A stretch of DNA of 64,000 bases from an uncultured bacterium (GTDB taxonomy: Bacteria > UBP4 > UBA4092): positions 182,869 to 246,868 of the forward strand of contig CAZXWN010000001.1 of NCBI GenBank assembly GCA_964644695.1, given 5' to 3'. This document shows, one piece after another, positions 1 to 8,443 of the stretch; position 1 is the first letter of the stretch, and every line of letters begins with the position of its first letter. Below the pieces are notes generated by a model that saw nothing but the letters and a program-made list of their open reading frames with translations, did not search any database and was not told the DNA's origin. A program made the translations under genes and the position numbers.

Positions 1-185
1 TGATTGGATGTATGTTGGAAAGTTCCATTGGTATTACTGCCGCAGCTCATCTAACGCCACTGGTAGATTGTGCGGATCTTGATGGAAATATCCTTTTGGC
101 AGATGATCCCTTTGATGGAATGAAGCTGGAGAATGGTTGGATAAAATTACCGGAAAGACCGGGTCTTGGTGTTGTCCCAGTCTGA
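1..185 (+). CDS. Dipeptide (L-Ala-D/L-Glu) epimerase, enolase superfamily; C-terminal part only (runs off window start)
   Basis: Frame from nt 3 reads IGCMLESSIGITAAAHL...DLDGNILLADDPF...PERPGLGV, stop TGA 183-185. GCMxES and DLDG are AE-epimerase motifs. Not in the ORF track. Confidence 0.8.
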   Translation, partial: IGCMLESSIGITAAAHLTPLVDCADLDGNILLADDPFDGMKLENGWIKLPERPGLGVVPV

Positions 186-198
186 TTTTTGAATTCTG

Positions 199-240
199 TT
201 GACAGGTCAAGTTGAAAAAAGTCATTTATACCCATAAAAT
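199..240 (+). promoter_or_regulatory. Sigma70-type promoter for trxA with an adjacent palindrome
   Basis: TTGAAA (212-217)-N17-TAAAAT (235-240); TTGAC-AG-GTCAA inverted repeat at 199-210. Confidence 0.45.
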
Positions 241-286
241 ACCTTAAATAGGCTTATTCATAAATTTAATAGAGGAGGATATAGCT

Positions 287-619
287 GTGGCAGGTGCCGC
301 TTTAGAGTTTAATGATACAAACTTTGAAACTGAAGTTATTAAGTCAAATGTCCCTGTTTTAGTTGATTTTTGGGCTGTTTGGTGTGGCCCATGTAAAATG
401 TTGGGACCAACTATTGAAAAGATTGCTGGTGATAGCGAATTGTCCGGGAAAGTGAAAGTTGGAAAGCTTAATGTAGATGATAGCCCCAATTCTGCCAGTA
501 AATTTGGAATTCAAGCTATTCCCACGATGTTATTTTTTAAAGGTGGTCAGGTCGTTGACCGTGTTGTTGGCGTAGTATCTGAAAAAGATATTCGTGAGAA
601 ACTGGAAAAACTTTACTAA
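287..619 (+). CDS. trxA: Thioredoxin
   Basis: VLVDFWAVWCGPCK active site, IPT motif; GAGGAGG RBS; GTG start. Confidence 0.97.
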   Translation: MAGAALEFNDTNFETEVIKSNVPVLVDFWAVWCGPCKMLGPTIEKIAGDSELSGKVKVGKLNVDDSPNSASKFGIQAIPTMLFFKGGQVVDRVVGVVSEKDIREKLEKLY

Positions 620-630
620 TTTGAATAGAT

Positions 631-670
631 AATAATCCCCCAGCATGAATAAAATGTCTGGGGGATTATT
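631..670. terminator. Bidirectional intrinsic terminator
   Basis: AATAATCCCCCAG / CTGGGGGATTATT 13-bp stem between convergent genes. Confidence 0.85.
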
Positions 671-1138
671 TTATTTTTTATTGTTAAAGATAACTTTATC
701 TCCAGCCTTTATATTATGCTGCTGACAAAACCCTCCATTGACTTCTAACACATACTTTGAAGGCATTTCGATACTTCGGGGTTCTAAGCTATAAGGCGTT
801 GTATTTTCGATTATTCCGGCAATCTTCCAATCGCTGAAGATAAATATCATATCGAGGGGTATTCGAGTGTTTTTCATCCAAAATGACTGGACTTCCTCCT
901 CATCCATCAAAAATAGCATCCCGTTATTTTTTCCTAAATAATCACGATCCATCAGCCCGTGTGCCCGGGAATCAGGTGTGTCAACGATTTCAACGAAAAC
1001 CTTTATTTTCTGGCCATTCTGATTAATCAATATGACATGAGGTTCGTTGTTTTGAGAATGATACTGGAATAACCCTATTCCAGCGCCGGTTAAAACTAAT
1101 AATATTGCGATAATTAAAACTCTTTTGGTTGAAAACAT
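671..1138 (-). CDS. DUF192 family protein
   Basis: GLMDR, GMLF, FWMKNTRIPLDMIF, YVLEVNGG motifs; N-terminal hydrophobic anchor. Confidence 0.9.
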   Translation of the reverse strand: MFSTKRVLIIAILLVLTGAGIGLFQYHSQNNEPHVILINQNGQKIKVFVEIVDTPDSRAHGLMDRDYLGKNNGMLFLMDEEEVQSFWMKNTRIPLDMIFIFSDWKIAGIIENTTPYSLEPRSIEMPSKYVLEVNGGFCQQHNIKAGDKVIFNNKK

Positions 1139-1154
1139 ATCTGCAGTTGTGTCC

Positions 1155-2498
1155 TTATTTTTTAATGTCGTCTCTGCTGAAATTTAATATATTCATGGTG
1201 CTTTTATGAATGATAAATATTTCTTTATACCTGTTTGAATAAGCATAGTATCCTTTATTATCATGGGTTTCCTTACCCACCATGATTTTATAAAGTCCAC
1301 CTTTATTGTCCATGCAAGACAGTATCAGCTGCGGTGTACTGAGTCCATACACAGGATTATTTAAGTTTTTATCTTGAGTGAATAAGTATAATGAAGCTGT
1401 ATTTAAGGACCACAAAGTATTTTCTACTGAAGAATAATTGCACAAGTGATTGCTCGGACTAATATACCAATCACTATTTCGTTTATTTATTTCCAGGGGA
1501 TTTGTCCCCTTTCTTTCAATTTTTTGGATATCATCCACTTTGAACGAGAAGATACTTTTATCACGGATTTGGTCAATACTTAAGTTTTTAATGGGCATCG
1601 TAATAGTACTATCAACACCCAGGAGATATCTCCTGTCAGATGACTGTATCCAATCCACAGAGCCTGTTTTATCTTCATTTGTTAAATCAAAATTCAGTAT
1701 TTTCCCACTCGAATATTTAATTGAAAAACGATATTTAGGTTGAGCCTTTCGTTTTCTGTTATCAGTGGATACTGATGAACCGAAATTCCGTATTTGGCCT
1801 GATACCAGTTTCCAGAGTATTTCATCGATTTCATAAGAATCTAATATATAATCTGGCTTTGATTTTTCTATCCACTGGTTGCCATCTCTAGACAAAATCA
1901 AAGTGCCATGTGGATTGGTGATTTGAAGTTCCTGGATATCCTGGACCTGGCCATCAGTAAGATTCCTTAACCGAAAATCATCGGGTTTTCTAAACCATTT
2001 TTCAATTTGTTGAGTACTTATAAGATATATATCTGATTTTTTGGATTGTTTCAGGTAAAAATAAGCTCCATCGGGAGTGATATTTCCGACCCTATATTGG
2101 GTAGTACTTTTACCTTGAACGGTAAGTAAGAAGCGGGGAGAATCTAAGCCATAAGTAGCTTCATTTAAAGCCTCTGTGGCTGAGAGTGTTCTGTAAACAG
2201 GTATATTTTTTAAACTATCTATAAAAGACCTGATAGATATACTATCTCCATCATCTTTTTCACCAAAAATGACTTCCCATTTATCTTTATCAATTTTTGT
2301 AATAGTAAAATCAGGGAGGTCTTCTGGATAGTAAAAACTAATTTTTCTGATAGAGTCTGCAAACAATGAATCATTCGCTATCAAAGAGTTTGATGGGTTG
2401 GAAGTAAACGGCTTTTCAAACCATAGAATATAAATTCCAAGTAATATAAGAATGATTGCTGCAAGAGATAAATATTTGTGTTTATTCATATTATTCAA
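1155..2498 (-). CDS. DUF4340-like repeat protein, membrane-anchored
   Basis: N-terminal TM; repeated YGLxxP...VG..T..G..Y units (YGLDSPRF, YGLSTPQL). Confidence 0.65.
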   Translation of the reverse strand: MNNMNKHKYLSLAAIILILLGIYILWFEKPFTSNPSNSLIANDSLFADSIRKISFYYPEDLPDFTITKIDKDKWEVIFGEKDDGDSISIRSFIDSLKNIPVYRTLSATEALNEATYGLDSPRFLLTVQGKSTTQYRVGNITPDGAYFYLKQSKKSDIYLISTQQIEKWFRKPDDFRLRNLTDGQVQDIQELQITNPHGTLILSRDGNQWIEKSKPDYILDSYEIDEILWKLVSGQIRNFGSSVSTDNRKRKAQPKYRFSIKYSSGKILNFDLTNEDKTGSVDWIQSSDRRYLLGVDSTITMPIKNLSIDQIRDKSIFSFKVDDIQKIERKGTNPLEINKRNSDWYISPSNHLCNYSSVENTLWSLNTASLYLFTQDKNLNNPVYGLSTPQLILSCMDNKGGLYKIMVGKETHDNKGYYAYSNRYKEIFIIHKSTMNILNFSRDDIKK

Positions 2499-2619
2499 AT
2501 TGGATATATACTTAATTTGTTAACTTTTATCTGATTAATGGAACCCTGTATGAAAGTATCATATAATGGACCCATTAATTACAAGAATTATAAACAATCA
2601 GTGGGGAGGCACTCTGATT

Positions 2620-3168
2620 ATGCGATTCTTAGTTACATTAGCAATTCTATTGACACTCTTTGCTTTAATCTTAGCATTCCGACCACAAATAGATGAATTC
2701 CTGGCCGGTTATGATCTGCAGAGACAGCAGCAAAAAAGCCAAACGGCAACGACACCTGTTCAGCAATCTCAGAGAGGCCCTTTATTTGGTGATATGGCTA
2801 TGGGAGCAGACGGTACTTCAGCTTTACAGTCTCCAACACCTGTTGCCAATCCTCAAAGAGTTCAACAGCAGGTTCCACAACCTGTAAATCAACCACGCAT
2901 TCTCCGGTCCGCCAGAGATAAGTTTTTTCAGTTTGCTAAAGACAATGACTGTCGTATTATTTTTTATCAGGAACCAGCAATTGGTAATGTCATTGTTACC
3001 TTGGAAACAAGAGATAAAAACAATGTTTATGGTTTTATGGACGCTGTTGAAAAGGGCGTACGAATGTTAGATATCGAAAATGTAAAGAATGGATATCAGT
3101 CATTGATTACACCCGATGGATCTCGAATAATTCGCTCATCATTAAAAATCAAATACTCTCCAGAATAG
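2620..3168 (+). CDS. Membrane-anchored hypothetical protein with Q-rich linker and possible PilO/PilN-like C-terminal domain
   Basis: GGGGAGG RBS before ATG 2620 (MRFLVTLAILL); TM helix, QQ-rich linker, C-terminal alpha/beta domain. Confidence 0.6.
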   Translation: MRFLVTLAILLTLFALILAFRPQIDEFLAGYDLQRQQQKSQTATTPVQQSQRGPLFGDMAMGADGTSALQSPTPVANPQRVQQQVPQPVNQPRILRSARDKFFQFAKDNDCRIIFYQEPAIGNVIVTLETRDKNNVYGFMDAVEKGVRMLDIENVKNGYQSLITPDGSRIIRSSLKIKYSPE

Positions 3169-3252
3169 AATTGTATATAGATAATTTGAGGGAATTGCAG
3201 CAATCGTATAGAATTGTTAATTACTGACAGATTGGTCTCCAAGTATAATTAC

Positions 3253-3606
3253 ATGGCAAAACGACGAACTAAACGAAAAAAGAAAGTTGAATTACAAGAT
3301 TACCTTGGTAAAGTTCGTGATCTTCGAAAGGTAAATGAGTCTATTCAATTAATCCAGGAAGGGATGTTTGGTGAATATTTGCTTCCGGTTGATTTTGAAT
3401 GGCGTGATAAGGTATTTCATGTTCGTGACCTCATTGGTAGATGGGTTATTACGGATGATGAAAATCAGGAACCTTCAAGAGTCTGTTATCGGGTTGATCT
3501 TGATGATATGTCACAAGTTGATTTTTGCCGTCCCGCAGAATCTGACAATTGGCTTATCATAGGAGTTGAACCAGAGTTGTTGGATGTTATGCGAAAGAAC
3601 AAGTAG
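3253..3606 (+). CDS. Hypothetical protein, DUF6504-like domain
   Basis: PVDFEWRDKVFHVRDLIGRW...YRV...W pattern; basic N-terminus; start uncertain (3214 or 3253). Confidence 0.5.
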   Translation: MAKRRTKRKKKVELQDYLGKVRDLRKVNESIQLIQEGMFGEYLLPVDFEWRDKVFHVRDLIGRWVITDDENQEPSRVCYRVDLDDMSQVDFCRPAESDNWLIIGVEPELLDVMRKNK

Positions 3607-3632
3607 TCTGTCAAAATGCTAATTGAGTAAAG

Positions 3633-4802
3633 TTGAATATGAAGAAAACAGAAGAAAAGAAAAATACGATAACACCAGAGGTTCCACCCACACCAACGGC
3701 ACCCAAAGAAACTGGTGGAACCATTGTTTGGGAAAAAATGCTGACGGGTCTGGAAAATTGTCAGGTTAACTATCTTCTTCCCATTCCTGGTGGTGGGTGT
3801 ATATTGGCCGGATACACATCACTCAATAATAGTGGCGAAAAGCCATGGATTGTAAAAATCAATGGGACAGGGCAGTTGGAATGGGAGTTCATCCACGAAC
3901 ATGGAACTGTTATAAATATCAAGCCTGTTAAAGAAGGTGGCTATTTGGCTGTTGTTATGGCTGAGAAAATTGAGGAAGATGGTGCAAAAGGATATGTCCC
4001 TCAATTTTTAAAACTTAACGAACCCTATGGACTTGAATGGGAATCTGAAATTGGTAAAAGAGATGCCGCTCGTCCTGAGTATGTGCTGAACACTATTGAT
4101 AATGGTTTTTTATTAGCGGGAACTTTCGAGGAAGAAGAATCCGGAGAGTTTAAAGTTTGGATTCGAAAACTTGATACAAATGGAAATCTCCAATATGTCA
4201 AAATCTTTGGTGAGGGTGATGAAGAAACTATAAAATGTCTTTCATCCTCACGCGATGGTTCTTTAATGTTAGGTTGTACTTTGTTGGATGACGGATCCTT
4301 TCAGGGCTGGGTGAAAAAGTTTGATCTCCTTGGTAATGTAAAATGGAATTGGCCTAAGGAGGGAAAAGTTAAGCATTACATGGCGAACCATACTCATCAG
4401 GATAATGATGGGAGTATTGTTTTGGCAGGCACAAGATTTGTTGAAGAAGAAAACTCTTGGAGAATCTGGTTGATGAAATTAGATTCCCATGGTAAACAGT
4501 TATGGAATCGGTTGATTGGTGCAAAAAATAACTTTCAAGCTTCTTTCGTATCCCCAACACCTGATAAAGGATACATTTTGACAGGGGAAACCTGGTCCGA
4601 ATCTAACGCCTCTCAAAATGCCATTGTTATGAAAGTAGATTCAAATGGAAGCCGAATATGGGTTCATACATACTCAAAAGAAGATAATTGTGTGGGGCGT
4701 GCTGTTTATCCCCATCCCGAAGGTGGGTACTTCTTTGTGGGAAGTGTGAAATCGTCTAAAACAGGACGACAGGCAATTTGGCTTTGTAAACTAACCGATT
4801 AA
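3633..4802 (+). CDS. Beta-propeller repeat protein
   Basis: About seven repeats of DGGY/FxLAG.T...W..KLD.NG...W; no obvious signal peptide. Confidence 0.7.
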   Translation: MNMKKTEEKKNTITPEVPPTPTAPKETGGTIVWEKMLTGLENCQVNYLLPIPGGGCILAGYTSLNNSGEKPWIVKINGTGQLEWEFIHEHGTVINIKPVKEGGYLAVVMAEKIEEDGAKGYVPQFLKLNEPYGLEWESEIGKRDAARPEYVLNTIDNGFLLAGTFEEEESGEFKVWIRKLDTNGNLQYVKIFGEGDEETIKCLSSSRDGSLMLGCTLLDDGSFQGWVKKFDLLGNVKWNWPKEGKVKHYMANHTHQDNDGSIVLAGTRFVEEENSWRIWLMKLDSHGKQLWNRLIGAKNNFQASFVSPTPDKGYILTGETWSESNASQNAIVMKVDSNGSRIWVHTYSKEDNCVGRAVYPHPEGGYFFVGSVKSSKTGRQAIWLCKLTD

Positions 4803-4813
4803 AGTGATATTTT

Positions 4814-4847
4814 ATAGGCTCTCCAGAATAATAATTGGAGAGCCTAT
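4814..4847. terminator. Bidirectional intrinsic terminator
   Basis: ATAGGCTCTCCA / TGGAGAGCCTAT stem followed by T-tract, between convergent genes. Confidence 0.85.
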
Positions 4848-4850
4848 TTT

Positions 4851-5813
4851 TTAACTCTCCAATTCCAATTTAATTCTTTGACCCGTTGATGAACCTGCAG
4901 GTATTAATTCAATTTCGCATTCTTGTTTCCTTGCATCAATATCGATAACTCGTATTTTGTACTGTCCAATACTTTCGGAATCTCCTGACTTTAACCGTAG
5001 CTCTTGATCAGAAGTTGACGTGACCACTAACAATGTAATCTCAGATCCATCACCATCGCCTTTAATACCTCTCAAAGTGATGTTCATATCAGATGCGGGT
5101 TTCTTTGATATTGTAGATGGTTGTTGAGGAATCTGTGTGCTGGGTGTATTTGTTGTGAGCATTTGTTTTGCAGTAGCCTGGGTATATTTGTATTCTTCAA
5201 ATTCCTTAAGATTTTTTTCTGTTGTAACTTTGAAGTTTTCTAAATCAATTCTGTGTATTTCAAGTGCAGTGGCTCTTGCTGTGGCATCAGCAAAATATCT
5301 TTTGGCTGTTGGATTATCTGGTAATAGTTGTAAAGCTAGTTTGAACTGTTCAACAGATTTACCAAAACTGCCTTCACGGTACAAAGCCATACCTTTTGAT
5401 AAAGCTAAGGCACCTTGTAATGAATCTCGTTCTTTTTGAATTGAAAGGTTTTGGTTAGCATAGATTGTTTCGATTTTTGACAACAGTTCTTTTGCCTGAA
5501 TATTTTTGGGATCGTCTTCCAATGCGAGATTGTATTGAGTGATAGCTTCTGTATAGTTATTTTCGGTTTTGTATTTATTTCCTAAAGTAATATGATATTC
5601 TGATTTGGGAAGTACTTGAGAAACTTGGAATTTATAAAAAGAAATCTCTTTTCCATCATCCGTATGTGCATATATCTGAATTTTATCTTCTTTTACATCC
5701 CTTACATGAACTATATCACCATTTTTAAAAATAATAGTTTGATTGGCTTGGGCCAGTCCTAACATGAGAATAAAATAAGATAATATTGAACCTGTTCTGT
5801 TGAGTAATTTCAT
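4851..5813 (-). CDS. Secreted TPR protein with possible GspC/PilP-like C-terminal beta domain
   Basis: GGAGG RBS before ATG 5813 (MKLLNRTG), signal peptide, two TPR motifs (EAITQYNLALEDDPKN; FKLALQLLPDNPTA). Confidence 0.65.
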   Translation of the reverse strand: MKLLNRTGSILSYFILMLGLAQANQTIIFKNGDIVHVRDVKEDKIQIYAHTDDGKEISFYKFQVSQVLPKSEYHITLGNKYKTENNYTEAITQYNLALEDDPKNIQAKELLSKIETIYANQNLSIQKERDSLQGALALSKGMALYREGSFGKSVEQFKLALQLLPDNPTAKRYFADATARATALEIHRIDLENFKVTTEKNLKEFEEYKYTQATAKQMLTTNTPSTQIPQQPSTISKKPASDMNITLRGIKGDGDGSEITLLVVTSTSDQELRLKSGDSESIGQYKIRVIDIDARKQECEIELIPAGSSTGQRIKLELES

Positions 5814-5992
5814 TTTGGCGTACCTCCATGGTATTAACAAAATTGAGTATAACATGAGAGTAATAAGATTTATATTCCATTCCAACATGTTCATATACAT
5901 AGGATTATCTTCATATCTTTAATAGATTTATTTAAGTTTAATCTTATAAATTTATGCCCAGTGCATTCATAGCTTATTCGTGCTTAAATTTA

Positions 5993-6021
5993 TTGACAGT
6001 ATCCATAAGACATCTTATATT
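5993..6021 (+). promoter_or_regulatory. Near-consensus sigma70 promoter
   Basis: TTGACA (5993-5998)-N17-TATATT (6016-6021). Confidence 0.7.
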
Positions 6022-6035
6022 GATGTTAATAACAA

Positions 6036-6118
6036 ACTGGACTGGATTTCTCGACCTTTTGAAAAGGCCCCGAGGATAAAAACCCGGGAACCTCGGAATC
6101 CCAGTCCAGTCTCTTTTG
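6036..6118 (+). ncRNA. Candidate structured RNA or 5' leader, family not recognised
   Basis: GC-rich island in an AT-rich spacer; closing stem ACTGGACTGG/CCAGTCCAGT encloses CCTTT/AAAGG and CCGAGG/CCTCGG hairpins; followed by CTCTTTTG. Confidence 0.5.
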
Positions 6119-6189
6119 TGTGGTTTTCTGGACTACATGATTTCCTGTTAATATAGAGTCAAATAATGTATAGGAGAATGGTGTGACCC

Positions 6190-7362
6190 ATGAGTATTCA
6201 TAATCAATCCGAGAACGATATTAAGCAACGAAATAATGCGATGAGTACTGGCTTATCCGGTTCACAGGCTGATGAGTGGTTGGAAAAATACAGTATTAAG
6301 CAGGCAAAACTTATAAATCCCTCAGGTCAGTTCAATCCAGAATTAATAAATGAATATTTATTTTTCTATAAAAAAATCTGTATGTATGACCCAAGAGTAT
6401 TAGCTTTTCAAGTAAGTGGAAAAGTTAGTAATAATTTTTTGGTCCTTGATGGAATGGTGAGTCTTGAACAACAGTTATTAGCTTTAATAAAGGTTTTTGA
6501 AAAGATATCTGGTTTAAAAGTTGAATCAAATGTAATAGTTTTACCTGATTCACGGTTAGGTGCTGATCGTTATGGAATTGTTTCTAATATGGTGGCCCCA
6601 CTATTTTCTGGCCCTGATGATAGAGAAGAAAAGTTAACGGAAGCTTTACTGGGTGATCCACTAATAATACTTTTTATGAGTTCCGAGAAAGATTATTGTT
6701 TTGTTCAACATATATCTGGATACATAGGATGGGCAAAAGTAAACGATTTTATCCCTTGTGACTTAGAGAGTTTTAGGCAGTGGCGACAGGGTCTCCGCGC
6801 ATTATTTCTGAAGTCCGTTAGAAATTCAGATAATAAAGTTATTATCCCACTAGGTTCGGAGCTCCCAATACATGACACTGATAAGGTGAAACTTCCTAAT
6901 GGAGAGTTTTTAAAGGTTGATCTATCTCTATGTAAAGTATTTTCCAAGAAAACCCCTGATAAAGCCGTGAAAATGATTGAAAACGCTCTTGAGTTATGTG
7001 GCGTTCCTTATCATTGGGGGGGAGTATCCCCTTCGGGTATAGATTGCTCAGGATTTGTAAATATTATGTATAGAACCTTGGGAGTTATGATGCCACGTGA
7101 TTGTGACCAACAATTTATAGGCGGTGAATTGGTCGGATGGAAAGGTTATATGGAAGATATGCTTCCTGGGGATTTGCTTTATTTTTCTGGTGCAAATGGA
7201 AGGATAACACATACAGGAATATATGTAGGTAACCAACGATTTCTTCATGCACATGAGCCTTTTTTAAGTTTTTCAAGCTTTGATCCGACGAGTCCTGAAT
7301 ACGATGAAAAGAATGCTAACCGCTGGGTTTATGCAAAACGGGTATTCCAAGTAACCGAGTAG
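6190..7362 (+). CDS. NlpC/P60 cysteine peptidase with SH3-like domain (YkfC/dipeptidyl-peptidase VI-like)
   Basis: PYHWGGVSPSGIDCSGFV, MPRDCDQQ, GDLLYF, HTGIY, FLHA catalytic motifs; TEALLGD...GYIGW SH3b-like region. Confidence 0.88.
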   Translation: MSIHNQSENDIKQRNNAMSTGLSGSQADEWLEKYSIKQAKLINPSGQFNPELINEYLFFYKKICMYDPRVLAFQVSGKVSNNFLVLDGMVSLEQQLLALIKVFEKISGLKVESNVIVLPDSRLGADRYGIVSNMVAPLFSGPDDREEKLTEALLGDPLIILFMSSEKDYCFVQHISGYIGWAKVNDFIPCDLESFRQWRQGLRALFLKSVRNSDNKVIIPLGSELPIHDTDKVKLPNGEFLKVDLSLCKVFSKKTPDKAVKMIENALELCGVPYHWGGVSPSGIDCSGFVNIMYRTLGVMMPRDCDQQFIGGELVGWKGYMEDMLPGDLLYFSGANGRITHTGIYVGNQRFLHAHEPFLSFSSFDPTSPEYDEKNANRWVYAKRVFQVTE

Positions 7363-7402
7363 GCGTAAAATATAATAATATTCTCTTCGGGTTGAGGTTG
7401 GC

Positions 7403-8431
7403 ATGAAAATATCATCTAAGTTAAAAATTGCTGTTTTTATGGGTGGTCGTAGTTCTGAGCATGAAGTATCGCTGAAAAGCGGTGAAGTTATTTGTTCTTC
7501 AATTGATACTGAGAAATATTCAGTGGTTCCTGTTATTATCAATAAAAATGGCACATGGAATATCCAACCATTTGGTGAATCTTTAAATGTGGGCGAAGCA
7601 ATTGGATATATAAAGGAAGAAAAGATTAGTGTCGCTTTTTTAGCCTTGCATGGAAAATATGGTGAAGATGGTGCAATTCAGGGCCTATTAGAAATGTTGG
7701 ATATTGCTTATACTGGTTCCAATGTATTGTCCAGCAGCTTAGCAATGCATAAAGTAAAAACACTTGAAATGTATGAATATCACGGATTCAAAACACCTAA
7801 GAGGATTGTTTTTTCTCGTTGGGATTCAAAACTGATTCGCGAAGAACAGATAAATAAAACGGATAAATCAATTGGATTTCCTTGTATTGTGAAACCTTCC
7901 CAGCTGGGTTCTAGTGTTGCTACATATAAGGTTGATAAAGTTGAGTCATTAAGAAAAGCAATTACTGATGTATGCAGGTATGATGTAGATGGTTTGATTG
8001 AAGAATACATTCTGGGTAGTGAAGTTACTTGTGCGGTATTAGGTGGAATGCCTGGTGAAAGTCCAAAAGCACTGCCTCCAACGTTAATTAAACCAAAGAA
8101 AAGTATATTTTTTGATTATAAGGCAAAATATACTTCAGGCGCATCAGAAGAAATTACTCCCGCTCCTTTGCCCAAGAATTTAATTAAAAGAATTCAAAAT
8201 GCTGCCGTCAAAGCTCATCAGATACTAGGCTGTGGAAGTTTGTCGCGAACAGACATGATTATAAGGGATAATACCCTTTACTTATTGGAGACGAATACCA
8301 TTCCAGGAATGACACAGAACAGTCTTTTCCCCCAAGCTGCGAACGCAGCAGGAATCTCTTTAACTCAACTTTGTAATTATCTAATACTTCATGCACTGAG
8401 GTATTATGAAATGAAACAATCAAAAATATAA
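7403..8431 (+). CDS. ddl: D-alanine--D-alanine ligase
   Basis: GGRSSEHEVSLKSG, LHGKYGEDGAIQG, GSSV, FDYKAKY, LETNTIPGMT. Confidence 0.96.
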   Translation: MKISSKLKIAVFMGGRSSEHEVSLKSGEVICSSIDTEKYSVVPVIINKNGTWNIQPFGESLNVGEAIGYIKEEKISVAFLALHGKYGEDGAIQGLLEMLDIAYTGSNVLSSSLAMHKVKTLEMYEYHGFKTPKRIVFSRWDSKLIREEQINKTDKSIGFPCIVKPSQLGSSVATYKVDKVESLRKAITDVCRYDVDGLIEEYILGSEVTCAVLGGMPGESPKALPPTLIKPKKSIFFDYKAKYTSGASEEITPAPLPKNLIKRIQNAAVKAHQILGCGSLSRTDMIIRDNTLYLLETNTIPGMTQNSLFPQAANAAGISLTQLCNYLILHALRYYEMKQSKI

Positions 8432-8443
8432 ATTGGAGAATAC

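Noticed and set aside
6036-6118. Structured element as tRNA, SRP RNA or a known riboswitch
   Set aside because: No cloverleaf or T-loop, no SRP helix-8 motif, and no ydaO or c-di-GMP consensus recognised; kept as an unknown RNA
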